From Albugo candida (taxonomy: Eukaryota), in NCBI GenBank assembly GCA_040437565.1, contig JBDOQK010000011.1, positions 496,001-560,000 of the forward strand: a stretch of DNA of 64,000 bases. Direction: 5' to 3'. Under the pieces are notes generated by a model that made no database searches, was not told where the DNA came from, and saw only the letters and a program-made list of their open reading frames with translations. Made by a program: the position numbers and the translations under genes. Every line of letters starts with the position of its first letter. Position 1 is the first letter of the stretch. Shown one piece after another: positions 1 to 13,366 of this stretch.

Positions 1-1096
1 CGTGTGGTAAGAATGAGAAGCATGCTCGTTCAGGTTCTCTGTGGCAATATATCAAATTATTTGGTAGCAAGAAGTAAAACTCCAATGGCTCGATCGAATC
101 TATCATTTATGGTAGTGCCTCCGGCCGACTAGCGCAGTAGCCTGATCGTCTTCAATCATGTGGACGCACCCAGCTGGTGGTTGCATCACGAATTAAAATG
201 CAATAACACAATCACGTTATTGGACTATGGCGCTTCTTCTAGCTACTAAGGCGAGAAAGAGGGTACTCGTACCAAGTCAAAACATTACATTTGAAGGACA
301 CGCCTGCTTTGAGTCAGCTTATGAATGCCTCGTACACGCATTCAATTAAAATTTCGCATCACCAGCTCAATTTTGTCGCGTCGAGGTATTAGACGATCAG
401 AATTGAAGGACAAAACCAACAAATAAGCGATCAATATCCAGTAGCTTGATTCCAAAGCTTTGATGTGGAGTGCCCTGATCATGGTCAATTTAGTGTGACG
501 TACATCTTTATAAGTCAACTGCATTTTCAATTCATATCCAACAAAAACTGGATCAGTCTCGTGTCGTGGCGGGGCGATGCAACCACAGCATAGCACTCGC
601 AAGTGTAAGTAACATTTTGAGCTGTTGTAGTGTATGGCATGTTATTTCGGCAGAAGGCAGCAAGTTCAGTTGTCGTAGGATAGACATTTTCTACTTNNNN
701 NNNNNNNNNNNNNNNNNNNNNNNNNNNNNNNNNNNNNNNNNNNNNNNNNNNNNNNNNNNNNNNNNNNNNNNNNNNNNNNNNNNNNNNNNNNNNNNNTGGT
801 TAAGTTAGGTGATAGGAATGGTGTCTCATAATTCCTTGCGTGAAGGTCTACCTTCTCTTTCTTTTCGAACACGAAATCCAACCTCTGTAATAAAGAATGA
901 AATGTGTCTCATACAAAAAGAACGTCAGATGTCGCAACCTACCATAACAGAATACGCGGGTTTCCGTCCCCTTCTATGAAGATTCGTGCAACTTTGCGGA
1001 CTTGATTTAATCGTCTTCAAAATATTTCAAATGTCTTCCCTCCCGCACTTTGCTGAGGTAATTTACAATTCTGCCACTCGTTTTTGATTTGGTCTC

Positions 1097-2372
1097 ATGG
1101 TTATGAAGCACTTAATATGTGGATTGCTTCCGTTCGTTTGTAATCGCGACTCACAGCAAAACGGTGAAGATAAGATTAAGAGTGACGTTTCGGTAAAGTT
1201 TTTCAAGCAAGTTTTAAGCAAGTCAGCAAAATCAAGGCCCAGAAGTATGCAGCTTTCGCAATGGACTATAATATCGTAGATGGCTCATTGGTTTCCCCGT
1301 TCTTGCCTACCAAGTACGAAAATTTTACTTCGCATTTTATCCCGGCGATGTCGAGGACGTGTTTGGGTTTAAAAGTGCGGTAAAAGAAGACGTTTGTGTA
1401 CCGGATTCTATTCAATATGGTACCGGGACGACCATCTCATTAAAAATTTAGTTTCGGAAAGCGAGAAATTTTTTTTCAGAATATGAGCCGAGAAGGAGGA
1501 GGGATTCGACATTGGTAACTATGGAATTAGACCACCAAGGTTTGAACAAATTTGGAGTATATGTTGCCCTTTGGAAGACAGCACTATATGACTTTATGAC
1601 GGATGATATACGTATGCATGAGTGTGCTTCCTTGGCAGATACTGTTGGACATAGACTGCTTTATAAAATGAAGCTATGCGATCAACAAGCACATCTTGAA
1701 TTTGTGCTCAACAACCCTCCTGCAAATAATCGAAAGTTCGATGTTTACAAATATGGCCTACCTGGTGAGCAAGAATTACCAATCAGCATTCCGACTGTCT
1801 TCAAAGAACAGTCTGCGCTCATCACGCCACTGAGTGACAAGAAAGTGACCCCGTACGTGTTCAGTGGGACGCCAAAAGTATATTTGGAAGCTTTGATCAA
1901 CCATTTCGAGCTTAGGATCAAGCCATATCATGTGTTTGGCTCTTCTTTTGATGCAGATGCGGATGGCGTCATGCTTACGGGAAATGGTGTTGCCGTGTAT
2001 GGTGAAGGGATAGTGACTAAAATTGAAGCTGAATTGAAAGGACATACATCTGTCTTCGTTTCAGGGGTAGCAGAAGGTGATTTAAAAATGGTCGATTATG
2101 TGTTAGATAGAGGTGGTTTGGCGCTTATCCACCAGTATGCATTCCCATTAATATCTAGAACGTCTGGCTGGAGTTATCAAAAAGAAATACGGACAAAATC
2201 AGCGGGTCCACATTCAACGTGTCCACTAGCAAGATGTCAAATGGTTGGTTTGAGTTTACAAACAACTCGAAGACTCAACCCAATAACTAACTACAAATCA
2301 ACTGATACACAATTAAAATGTACTGCATCACTATACCGTGCCGTTTTTGTTATCCAACCTGACTCTACATAA
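1097..2372 (+). pseudogene. Decayed HAD-superfamily (phosphoserine-phosphatase-like) hydrolase gene, possibly once secreted
   Basis: Pieces lie in different frames: hydrophobic start MKHLICGLLPFVC, motif-I-like KYAAFAMDYN at ~1243-1272, then VLAYQVRKFYFAFYP. An in-frame TAG at 1449-1451 precedes ORF 1512-2372, which carries motif-II-like YVFSGTP, HVFGS, YGEG and motif-IV-like SGVAEGD. Confidence 0.5.
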
Positions 2373-3149
2373 TGTCTGTACCCGTTTTCTGTCTGATATG
2401 CGCAACGCCCACTCATTATCAGTACTTCTGCACAATGCAAAGCTTATCCAAAGAGGGGTCCATCGTGTTGCCTTCGATAAGCAATCTGATAGTGCACCGG
2501 ATTTTCGACAGACTGCGGGTCTCGTTTGTGGCCTTATTTGGCTCATGATTGAGCTTGGTCCATGATCTCGTTCAGCTTTATTTGAATTTGAGTATTTCTT
2601 TCTCGATAAGTGCAACACTTTTCGTCGAGCTTGTCTACTGCCATGTGAAAAGTGTGTAGCCTATGCGCACGAGTTGCATGTCATCTCCCGTACGCAAAAT
2701 CTTATAGGCACACCCCTCAGTCAAGTTTCTCTAGTCGCTAAAACGGCATATAATAGGACGGTACTGAACAAGCTTCCTCGTTGCAATGCTAAGCATTTGT
2801 CGACCCCTCCATCCCACCAATAGTAAGGACAAGACGTCTAGGTGACGCTGCTTTGCAGCCGGTATCCTTCGCAGACGCTCTAGGCGATCTGGACCAAGAT
2901 GAGACACCTGCGCGCGTAGAAGTAGAGGAAAAGGAAGCTGCCGAATACTAAGAGTCTGAACAGGAGCCCGCGGATGTCGCCCTGAATCTTCCAGCAATTG
3001 ATAGTCTCCGGTAGTTAAAATCAGCGATGCAGCAAATCAGCATACATATCGGCAAGTGGTCACCTGAGTGCTTGTGGTGGGTTACTTACGACGCATGCAT
3101 CGCTATTGCGCTCTACCCAAGCATCTACATATCTTGGTTCTCTAGCAGG

Positions 3150-3400
3150 GCTAAGGTGTGCTGAAGTAAATCGCCATTGCCAAAGTCTTCTCAAGTGGAT
3201 AGCAATATGCCTGTAAGCCCCAATATATTTGGTGTATGGTACGCCAACCTGATTGTGATATCTCTTCCCATTGATTGATGGTGAAGGTAGAGGGAACATG
3301 GAAGGTAATGGCACTCAAACGCGATAACAATCTTGCACTTGGCCAATCCACTGCTATGGGGATGATAAATCAAACGATTAAAGAGAGTTCCGGTGATTGT
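3150..3400 (-). mobile_element. Possible highly degraded LTR-retrotransposon integrase remnant
   Basis: YHPHSSGLAK resembles integrase YHPQSNGLAER. QWEEI and RLAYHT follow across frameshifts at plausible spacing. No LTRs or other domains seen. Confidence 0.2.
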
Positions 3401-4519
3401 ACTTTGAATTCTTGTATACGCTATACTGGAGCGCTAAACACATCAACGGATTGAGCATCAGACTTGGTGACTTTCATACTTGATTTTTCGACGAAGTGGT
3501 TACTAACAGCTTTGACAAAATTCGTGAGTAAACGTCGAGATCAAGTCTATATCCTACGACATTTGAGTTTGCCGCTTTGTTCAAGACAATGTCTACTCGG
3601 TCTTGAAATGCGGGCTCTTAGAAACTGTTACATAACAAACCAAATATAGGCATGTTATAATGTGCATCCTTCAATGAATTTAATAGTCACGTGGACGAGA
3701 AATGACAAAGAGTGTCAACGTTCAAGCGAAGAAGCCCACTACTGATGTTGAGTCGAAAATGATCGGATGGAAAATTATCTATGACGCATGCATTGTCAAT
3801 GGGGAAATCAATCACCACGCGTTAGCCTTCAGCCTTACTTGCGATGTTGAGCTTTGTTCTCACGTCCATGGATCGCATATGCAATAAGATTTAGAGACAG
3901 GCACTTATCTTTTTTGATAACGATCAGAGCGTAATTGATGATAGGTGGCTGTATAGTACAAGGGTACAGCGCACGATTGAATGAGTTTGATGATTGCTAT
4001 TCGACGAGTGGAATTCATTGTGTGAAACACATGAAGTGGGACACGTATCCGACTTGAGTACTGGTTGACTATATATCAGCGACGATCAGAAACAAAGTTT
4101 AGCCCTCCCATTCAATATGCACTACTATATATATGGGGCAAATTTATATTTACACACATCGAAATTTAGCACAACTGATGTACGTTGATAGTTTGATCAT
4201 CCGGTCGAAATCTAGAAATAAGGAAACTATGTGCGCATTTCTCATTTGCTTAATGCGCAATTGCCCAGTTGCTCAGTTGCTCAGTTGCTCATACCACACA
4301 GTAGCTCTTTTTTTATAGATTGAGAATGATGACTATAAACAGATGCATTGATGCTTATAAGTGCTTTCAGGGTATGATACTTCCAGCACTTGTTGATTTG
4401 AAGTGTAGTGTATCTGAGCAGGTGACTTTCGCTGTGTAAATACATATTGTACGAACCGGATTTACAAGAAACTTGGGTCTTAAGTGCCCCTAAGTGCGCA
4501 TAGGTCTGTGTCAGAAAAC

Positions 4520-5170
4520 ATGAACCTGTCAACAGCGCCGCCACCGCCACCAAGAAGTCCTCCACCGAAAGCCTCGAATCGCAATAAAGTAGAGCATACG
4601 ACGCTGAATAACGAAGTAAATTCAAATAGGAAAGCCACTCTTGATATTGTAGACGTAATTGATTCAAAAAAAGCGTCAAGTGCCTCTGACGGGAGAAGGA
4701 TTCGAGCCACATTTGGAGAAATGTTAGAGCTATTTCACGACGACGACAAGTCAAATGAAGAAGTTTTAGAGCACCTGCAAAATTTATTTGAGGAAGCTGT
4801 CGAGGAGGCAGAACATGAGTTAAGAAATCAGCCTCCGCTCCCTCCTCTTCCTCCCCCTCCAGTACCGATGCATACTCTCGACGATAAAAAAAATAGTTTC
4901 GATTTAAACGAAAAGCCAGCAGCGTCGTCTACTCGCACGCACGCACGAAACATGTTTAACAGCAATAACTCGATCGAATGCATGAAACGAAACCGGCAGG
5001 TTTGTTGATTGTTAGCTTCATACCATCGTATCCTCGTCATATCGTTGATGTAGGGCAATGCATCAGATACTGTGGCCAATAAGATCTTGCGTGCGAACCA
5101 ATCAGCTCGCCCGCAATATCGTCAGCAAAAACCATCCAAGCTTTTGCAAAAATTGGCAAGTCGAACTTGA
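4520..5170 (+). CDS. Hypothetical proline-rich protein, 2 exons (~198 aa)
   Basis: ATG 4520, phase-0 GT-AG intron 5000-5053, exon 2 open to TGA 5170; two poly-Pro tracts flank an acidic helix. Confidence 0.6.
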
Positions 5171-5669
5171 TGCGTGTGTGCTAGATGAGCGCTCAAATTT
5201 AAGCTAATATATGTGTACTTTTTGAGAAAGAAATTCACCTTCTATCTTTTGTATGATAGTAGCCAATCAATCTATCCGACCATTCCCTGTGATGCTCTCA
5301 TGTAGTAGCCACTACCCTGCATAGTCGGACCACCTGTTTTAGGTTATTTAATAGTAACGGTTTGCGTATATGAATGACCAGGGCAGTATGCAGCAGGGAT
5401 GTGGTACTGAGCTTTTACGTATTAAATAATGGCCAGTCGATTTACAAATGATCAGTTTCCATATTTCGTCAGGTCGGATAACAAACCAGAGATTGCAAGG
5501 AGCCGACTTTCCCAGTCTTAAACAAACGCTCACAATGCCGTCGCAACCGCACACACGCGACAAGACGTCCATCGCCGTTCGTAAATTTTGTGCTACAAAC
5601 TTAGTATCAGCCAGTTGTGCTACAAGAGCAAAATCTTCATCCCGATCACTTCCGCGCTCGTGCACAAAA

Positions 5670-7336
5670 ATGCTCATACTGAAAAAGGAAAATCACATCT
5701 TACCTGCATTTCTATCCAAGACATTCGAAATATTTAGTCATGCTGAATTTGCCGATATTTGCGGGTGGAACGCGGCTGGTGATACTATCATCGTTACGTA
5801 TTTGGAGGCATTTGTCTCACAAGTCCTGCCACGATTTTTTAAGCACCGTAATTTCCCGTCTTTTGTGAGGCAATTGAATATATATGGCTTCCACAAGACC
5901 GTCCTCGATTCCAGACGTCTTGAGTTCCAGCATCCATTCTTCAAAAGGAATCGTCCAGAATTACTTCAATATATAAGACGGAAAAGTTCAGTGAGCAACA
6001 CAGGTCCAGTTGAACCTGTACGTGCAATGCCTTTTAGTGGAGAAGAAGCAGAAAATGACTTTGTTGTGACTCAGAGTACTACCTTGAAGCACCGACAAGG
6101 AATCACGGGCACTCTTTTGCATGAAATAAAAGTCTTGTCGGAAAAAAATGAAGCGATGGAAAAACGTTTGATGGAATTGGAAGCGGATACGAATGTCAGT
6201 ACTGAGAGCATTCAATTAGTCTCGTGCACGACTCATACTTATTCTATCTTGTAGAGCGTCAGAAACGACCATCATAAATTGTGGAAGCACGTAGATGCTA
6301 CTCATGGTAAGCAGTGTTTGATGCAAGAGAAGATGCGAGCAATTATGTGGAGTTTATACACGGATTATCGTAAAACACAAAGCAGCATCGCAAATTGCGG
6401 CCCACAGATGTTGACTGACGAGTATGTTGTTTGCAGAATCAATCTTGTTGCTCTTTCTAAGTCGCTTTGATTCTTGAAGGTACCAAAATACTATGAGTAT
6501 CGTCGGCTCTAGCGACTTTCGAGACGTGATGCGATACCTTGCAATGGAGGACACTTCCATGCTGATACCTGTTACACCAAAAAAGGGAGAAAGCTCGCCA
6601 ATAAATTCACGAAATCGAGGTTTTTCTCAAGTTTGTGATGGATCGAAGGATGATTTGAACCTTGCTGGTACGAGCTCATCTAACTTGTTTGTTAGAGTGG
6701 CTGTCATATGATTTATCTCAATAGATCACACGCACAAACAGAATGATATGAATGTATCAACGAAAACGTCTTATACCATGAATGATAGCACAACCGAGAC
6801 CGCATTCATCCACACAACGTCATACCAGTTTTCAACTATGGATCCGAGTCAATTTTATCAGAAAGAACGATACTCGAACACAGTATCGATGCCTCCGTTG
6901 ATGACGACATTCGCACATCATCATACGCAGTCTCCCAGGAACGCATCATCTCCAGCTTTCCACGAAGAATTCCATGCCAGTAATGTTGAGGTACTAGAAC
7001 TCACACACAGGAATCTACCCAATATTTTCAATTCGGACTCGCATTCGTGTGGCGTACGTGACAGAAATTATCACTCGAATTGGCTGTTTTCATTCTGATT
7101 CTGTCTCTGTTGCATCGTATAGCTTTTTTTCGATAAATTAGAAACTCATGCGTCTCCACTACTTGAAGAGTGTGATGTTGGGTGTCTTCATACTCTACTC
7201 CAAGTGAGTTGAATCATCCGTTTGTGTTGTTGAGACTCTCTAACTTGCTTCATCTTTTTTTACCCTGATTTAGTCTGATAACGAGAAGGACTTCATGATG
7301 TCGACCTTTTCGGAAGAAAGCGCTTTGACCACTTGA
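5670..7336 (+). CDS. Heat shock factor (HSF)-type DNA-binding transcription factor, multi-exon
   Basis: HSF domain PAFLSKTFEI..ICGWN..VLPRFFKHRNFPSFVRQLNIYGFHK..EFQHPFFKRNRPELL, then coiled coil. Several short GT-AG introns (e.g. 6195-6254). 3' exons less certain. Confidence 0.88.
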
Positions 7337-7462
7337 GAGAAACAAACAGAGGGAATCGTAATTGACGCCTCAATTATTGGGAAAGCTGTGTCTGGCTAGG
7401 TAGTAAAATTGTCGACGCGGTGCGAGTAATAAATTTCGGAAACTTAACACTAAATTATTCGA

Positions 7463-8946
7463 ATGAACAACGCTCAGATATATATGTTGAATGCGGAATT
7501 ACGTAATTTAACTCAGACGCTTGGTCTCTCCAACATTGAGGTAGAGCAGCGAAAGAAAATTTTTGCTGAGCTTAGAGAGTTGATCATGACACACTTCCCA
7601 TCTACGCATGTAAATTTGTTTGGGTCGTCCAGGCACGGCCTTGAGACTTTCCGTAGCGATTTGGATATTCTTGTGAGCAATAAAAGGATAGAGAGTAAGT
7701 ATATATACGTAGCAGCTGAAGACGAAGGAGAAGAAGACGACGAAGTGGTTACTTTTAGCCTCAACGTGATCGTGCCTTCACAAAATGCNNNNNNNNNNNN
7801 NNNNNNNNNNNNNNNNNNNNNNNNNNNNNNNNNNNNNNNNNNNNNNNNNNNNNNNNNNNNNNNNNNNNNNNNNNNNNNNNNNNNNNNNAAATTTTTGCTG
7901 AGCTTAGAGAGTTGATCATGACACACTTCCCATCTACGCATGTAAATTTGTTTGGGTCGTCCAGGCACGGCCTTGAGACTTTCCGTAGCGATTTGGATAT
8001 TCTTGTGAGCAATAAAAGGATAGAGAGTAAGTATATATACGTAGCAGCTGAAGACGAAGGAGAAGAAGACGACGAAGTGGTTACTTTTAGCCTCAACGTG
8101 ATCGTGCCTTCACAAAATGCAGATCTGGCAGCATTCCGCACGGACCCATCCAATGCACCACTGATAAGACTTGTAAAAAGTTCGGCTCCGAATTTAGCGA
8201 GTCGACGTGGTTCGCCATGGAATCATAAACAGCGACATTGCGCTATCGAATTTCTACGCGAATTGCAACTACTCATACAGTCAAAGCGAGAGGATTTTCA
8301 CATTCGACAAATCTTTCGTGCAAAAGTTCCGATTCTCATGCTTCAGCACAAAAAATCAAATCGCTCTATCGATCTCGGCGTTGATACTGAGAACGGATCC
8401 GATGAGCTGGATTCCACCAGTCTTATCTGTGAGTTTCAACGATTGTACGGCTTGCCTTTCAAAAATCTGGTGCTTTTTTTGAAAGAGTATATGCATCAGA
8501 ATGGTCTTGATAAGCCTTATACTGGAGGTATCGGAAGTTTTCGTCTGTATGTAATGGTGGCGTTCATTCTCTGTGAAAATGCAGCGAGCATTGGGTACAA
8601 AAGGAAACGATGTGCTGCATCGACCGATTTCGAGCTTATGATGCGCTTCTTTGCTGTATATGGTAATGCGGACGAGATACATTTGACGCATGAAACTTGT
8701 CTTCAAATGCATAACTTCAAGTCGGAGACTAGATGTGTGGATTTTCACTCGGTTTTTCGGCTTCAGGATTGTGTGAAATCGTTTTCGAAAACGTATCGTC
8801 AGCTTCGCAACGGTGATCGTCCAAGTACGATACTCACTGAAAAGTCGAATTGTGAGCACAAGCGATTGGATCTCGAATGTATTAAATCAAAGAAGCGTCG
8901 TAAGCGACGACGACTGTTAGTACGTGATAAGTCGCAAACCTTGTGA
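7463..8946 (+). CDS. TRF4: Non-canonical poly(A) RNA polymerase (Trf4/PAPD5-like); 5' part duplicated across gap 7789-7888, 3' end repeated to 9251
   Basis: Nucleotidyltransferase motif LFGSS..GL...SDLDILV, AKVPIL, and PYTGGIGSF typical of Trf4/5; basic C-terminal NLS-like tract. Confidence 0.82.
7556..8120. repeat. Gap-flanking duplication (example of nine; unmerged contig overlap)
   Basis: ~230 bp before the 100-N gap is repeated immediately after it; same pattern at gaps 8972, 11046, 11483, 25762, 26994, 50298, 51673 and 62189. Confidence 0.9.
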
Positions 8947-9267
8947 GACTACCATACCGAGCCTAAAAAGCNNNNNNNNNNNNNNNNNNNNNNNNNNNNN
9001 NNNNNNNNNNNNNNNNNNNNNNNNNNNNNNNNNNNNNNNNNNNNNNNNNNNNNNNNNNNNNNNNNNNNNNNGATTGTGTGAAATCGTTTTCGAAAACGTA
9101 TCGTCAGCTTCGCAACGGTGATCGTCCAAGTACGATACTCACTGAAAAGTCGAATTGTGAGCACAAGCGATTGGATCTCGAATGTATTAAATCAAAGAAG
9201 CGTCGTAAGCGACGACGACTGTTAGTACGTGATAAGTCGCAAACCTTGTGAGACTACCATACCGAGC

Positions 9268-10183
9268 CTAAAAAGCAGCCCCGCTTTTGGCTCTAGACTC
9301 CGTCCAGGCTTTGGCAATTGTTTTTTTCATTTCATCATCACCTTCCTCGTACATGTTCTACACCCATCAAGCATGATAAGCATTTATTATAAACGAGCGT
9401 GACAAAATCTACCTTCATTAAATCCATTATTCCGGCCGCAGGATCGCTAGAAGTTGGCTTATTCGAAGATGATGGGTTCTTTGATGTCAAACTTGTCCAG
9501 CTTGTATTCTTATCTTCTTTTTTTAAGATAATCGTAATGCGATTCTTTTTGATGCGGTACTTGCACTCCGAAGGCACGATTGGCTTGTCCAAGTTCGATA
9601 CAACCAGTCTATACCCAAGAATTAGATTACATCAATAGACCGCTCGGCGATAATACCGGTAATTAGCGTCGTGAAGATCTAGAATCTGCAAAGACGCATC
9701 AGAAATTTGTTCACAGCTTGGTAAGCTTCACATACTTTCAAGTCAAGAGAAGTTTTCGTAAAATTACACTGGATGTTATCGGAAGGTAACTCTCCGACGC
9801 CATCCACGCCTGTTGTGATGTAAATCATTACTTTGTCCTTTCCAAATCCTACCATTTGATTCTGAGCCAACAGCGCTAAGATGCTACCGACTATTCGTAC
9901 CTTCATCTTCCCATCCAAATCGCGAGATACTACTAAATTCCGTTAGGTCACTACCACTGGATGTTTTGGTTGGCGCGGTTGAGCTTAATTTGACTGGTTC
10001 CGGTGCCAAATGGACGGATGAAGTGTTCCTTTTTCCATCTTCCGCAAGCGCGGCATGTTGCTGTTTCGTTGCTAGCAACGTTTGTAGATCACGCTTATTT
10101 CCTTCCGTCCTCACGTGTTGTGAAATAATTTCCTTCAGCTCTTGGATTTCTGCTGTCATTTCGGTATTCGTGTTTCCGATCAT
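9268..10183 (-). CDS. CACYBP: Calcyclin-binding protein / Siah-interacting protein (helical N-terminus, CS domain, SGS domain), multi-exon
   Basis: Spliced product contains ISRFGWEDEG, KVMIYIT, LDKPIVPSECKYRIKK, W.SL and the SGS tail DPAAGIMDLMK|NMYEEGDDEMKKTIAKAWTESR. Confidence 0.88.
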
Positions 10184-10357
10184 TTTGGTAACTGGGGAAT
10201 GAATCTGGATTTTGTTCCCGTGTTCTAGAATCCCTTTTCGTTCAATCAAAACATCTCGCAGCGAATAACATCCAATCAATGTGTGGGCATATCACATGCA
10301 TTAATGCTGCAGATTTCTTCATCTTTAGTTACTAGAAATTACGGTGCGCTATAGCGA

Positions 10358-13188
10358 ATGGAAAAAATACAACAAGTGCATGGTGAGATCCCCATGTGCA
10401 AGGCTTCATGTCAAGCGAACGGTAACGCTAAATCTGACTCTATCGCAATGAATTCTCCCGCACGATCGCCTGAGAACTTTCCTCATGCGAATATACGACA
10501 TACCAACGAATCAAAACAAAGCGAAGTCGCAAGCAGGCACATGAAGACTGAAATACCCAATAGTCTTCGTCGGGTTTGGTACGAAGAAATCTCACAGAGT
10601 TTCCAGGATTTTCAGCAGAGATATTATTCGGAATTACGTGGTTTGTATTATATTGACGCTATATTTGGACATACTCTAACGAAATTTGAATTGATAGATC
10701 TTGGTATCGCACGTTGTCATCCTTGTGAACGCAAAGGGATATCAAAAGGCGCTAAAACATGTTGCAATGCGCCAAAATGTCCCTATTACCAGGAAAAGTT
10801 ATGCCGGGAGTGTTTTGACTGCATTCATCCGATGAACGATTCGCAACTTCGATCTCATGTGCAGATATTATCGATAAGTACGAAATTCATCCCTGGAGTT
10901 TATGTTTGTGGTCCTAATGTTCCTCTTAGTATGCCCACTATGTCGATTGGCAAAAGTTTCGTGCTGGTGTCAAGACTGCGATTTGAGTTTCTGTACGGAT
11001 TGCTTTAATGCAGTTCATGTTGTGCAACGAGTCTCGGAACACAATNNNNNNNNNNNNNNNNNNNNNNNNNNNNNNNNNNNNNNNNNNNNNNNNNNNNNNN
11101 NNNNNNNNNNNNNNNNNNNNNNNNNNNNNNNNNNNNNNNNNNNNNATGAACGATTCGCAACTTCGATCCCATGTGCAGATATTATCGATAAGTACGAAAC
11201 TCATCCCTGGAGTATTATGTTTGTGGTCCTAATGTTCCTCGTAGTATGCCCACTATGTCGATTGGCAAAAGTTTCGTGTTGGTGTCAAGACTGTGATTTG
11301 AGTTTCTGTACGGATTGCTTTAATGCAGTTCATGTTGTGCAACGAGTCTCGGAACACAATAAAGTCAATTTAGAAAGTAAGAAGTTTGAAGTGTGTGTTC
11401 CATTGACATCTAACTGAATCTTCTTCCATGAGCGTAGGTGGTGTTCCGGCTTATCTCTTTATTAAAGCAGACTGGGCACATTNNNNNNNNNNNNNNNNNN
11501 NNNNNNNNNNNNNNNNNNNNNNNNNNNNNNNNNNNNNNNNNNNNNNNNNNNNNNNNNNNNNNNNNNNNNNNNNNNNNNNNNNGATTTGAGTTTCTGTACG
11601 GATTGCTTTAATGCAGTTCATGTTGTGCAACGAGTCTCGGAACACAATAAAGTCAATTTAGAAAGTAAGAAGTTTGAAGTGTGTGTTCCATTGACATCTA
11701 ACTGAATCTTCTTCCATGAGCGTAGGTGGTGTTCCGGCTTATCTCTTTATTAAAGCAGACTGGGCACATTATTTTAGAAATGTGATGGTCAAGCTGATCG
11801 AACATGGGCAAACAAGTAATAGTCGATACCATCTCATTCATGATGATGCCGGTCGAGACATTATTTGTCTCAATGATTCCGATGAGGAGGAATGTGATGA
11901 GGAGAAACAGGATGGAAATGTGGATATTACTGATAGCACACAGATGCCTCCGGAAAACGAAGACAAGTCTTCTCCTACCGTCGAGACGCATAATATGTGC
12001 TCTAGTGCAATCGGAAGACTAAACTCTCATTCTCATGAAAGAATTGGTGCTGTCGTATCAGGGCAGGACGAAAACGATACAAGAAAAACTAGCTTCATTA
12101 GTGGAATGGTGGGTCAATCTGGAGGCGATAAAACATCGCATTATTCAATCAATACATCCAATTTACAAAACATGACTCCGATACAAAATACATCAGAAAA
12201 ATATTTGAGCAGACGGCCAATTTCACTAAAACCCCGATCATCGTGTACGAATGTCGTGCAATCATCTTTGAATAATGCCGGCGCAATATCCAGAATTTCT
12301 GCTATGCCTTCCCAGTACGTTTTCGAACAAGATCGAGCCATCAACAGAGATACTGGAGTCACCCAATCAGGGGGATGGCTGAATAATGGAACACCAAGGT
12401 TCTTAGAATCACCTTACAGTATGCAAGTCTCGACTACCATAAATTCACCCGGAGTCACGACCTTCCAACCCAACTCTACTCCGTCCGTTGTACCTATGGA
12501 TAACGTTGCTGCTGCATTCATGCCGACAGGAAAGTGTCAACCGGCGCCTACTTCACCCATCGTAACAGAAGACTTGCTTTATGAAAATTATAATAAAACC
12601 AATGCGGCTGTCTCTCAAGTGGAACAATCGATCATGCTATCCAACCAGCAAATTATGAAGTTATCTCGGTGCAATATATTGCACGCTCAACAACTGATGA
12701 AACAATTCAAGCAAACGCAACGTAAATTACGCGTTCTTATCATGAGTCGAGATATCTGTGTGGTTAATATTATCTTACAGTCACCACGTGTGATGCAAAA
12801 CATACACCAACTTCGACTTCAAACGTTGTCGGATGTTGCGCAAGTGACTAGTTCGTGTCATCAAAAATGTGCCCATCTGGCGGAGCAAATGCAACTAGGA
12901 GAAACGCATTTAGTGGGGCTGAATCAGAAGATGGAAGAATTGGTAAATCATGATTTTTCACTTCCCGGTTATCATAAAAAGGTACTGGAACTTCATCAGA
13001 AAATTGAAGAAATACAACATTCGCTTGTGACATGGAAAACTGAAAGAGAGCACGAATTAGTAAGAATTGTACACTATTCGCGTCAAATTCGCGATTTATT
13101 AAAGCAACAATTTCAAAGACATCAAATTGGGAGTTCGGTAACAGCGACAAGTACGTTTCCGATGATGGGAACAGACAGTCTGAATTGA
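10358..13188 (+). CDS. Double B-box zinc-finger protein with C-terminal coiled coil; model broken by duplications at gaps 11046-11145 and 11483-11582
   Basis: CCNAPKC..LCRECFDCIH...H and CPLC..CWCQDCDLSFCTDCFNAVH...H motifs; long 3' exon 11716-13188 with heptad-rich end. Confidence 0.72.
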
Positions 13189-13366
13189 TCGAAAAGACGC
13201 GAGACGGGCTCTGAGTAGAACCTGACAGTTGAGATCCGCACGTGAGTGCATTATGAATCGTGCAATCTCAAAACGACACCTTAGGATCCTTAATCATATA
13301 ATATGCGATACAATCCAAAACATCTTATTTTCACACACGCATACAAAAACAGAATGTGGAACAACT

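Noticed and set aside
1..1000. Short ORFs on both strands around the first gap
   Set aside because: No recognisable motifs or consistent splice structure; some run through Ns.
4266..4289. CAGTTGCT x3 tandem repeat
   Set aside because: A simple slippage-type repeat with no supporting context.
7556..9276. Direct repeats read as LTRs or tandem gene duplications
   Set aside because: Each abuts a 100-N gap exactly, lies inside an ordinary gene and has no TG..CA ends or target-site duplication.
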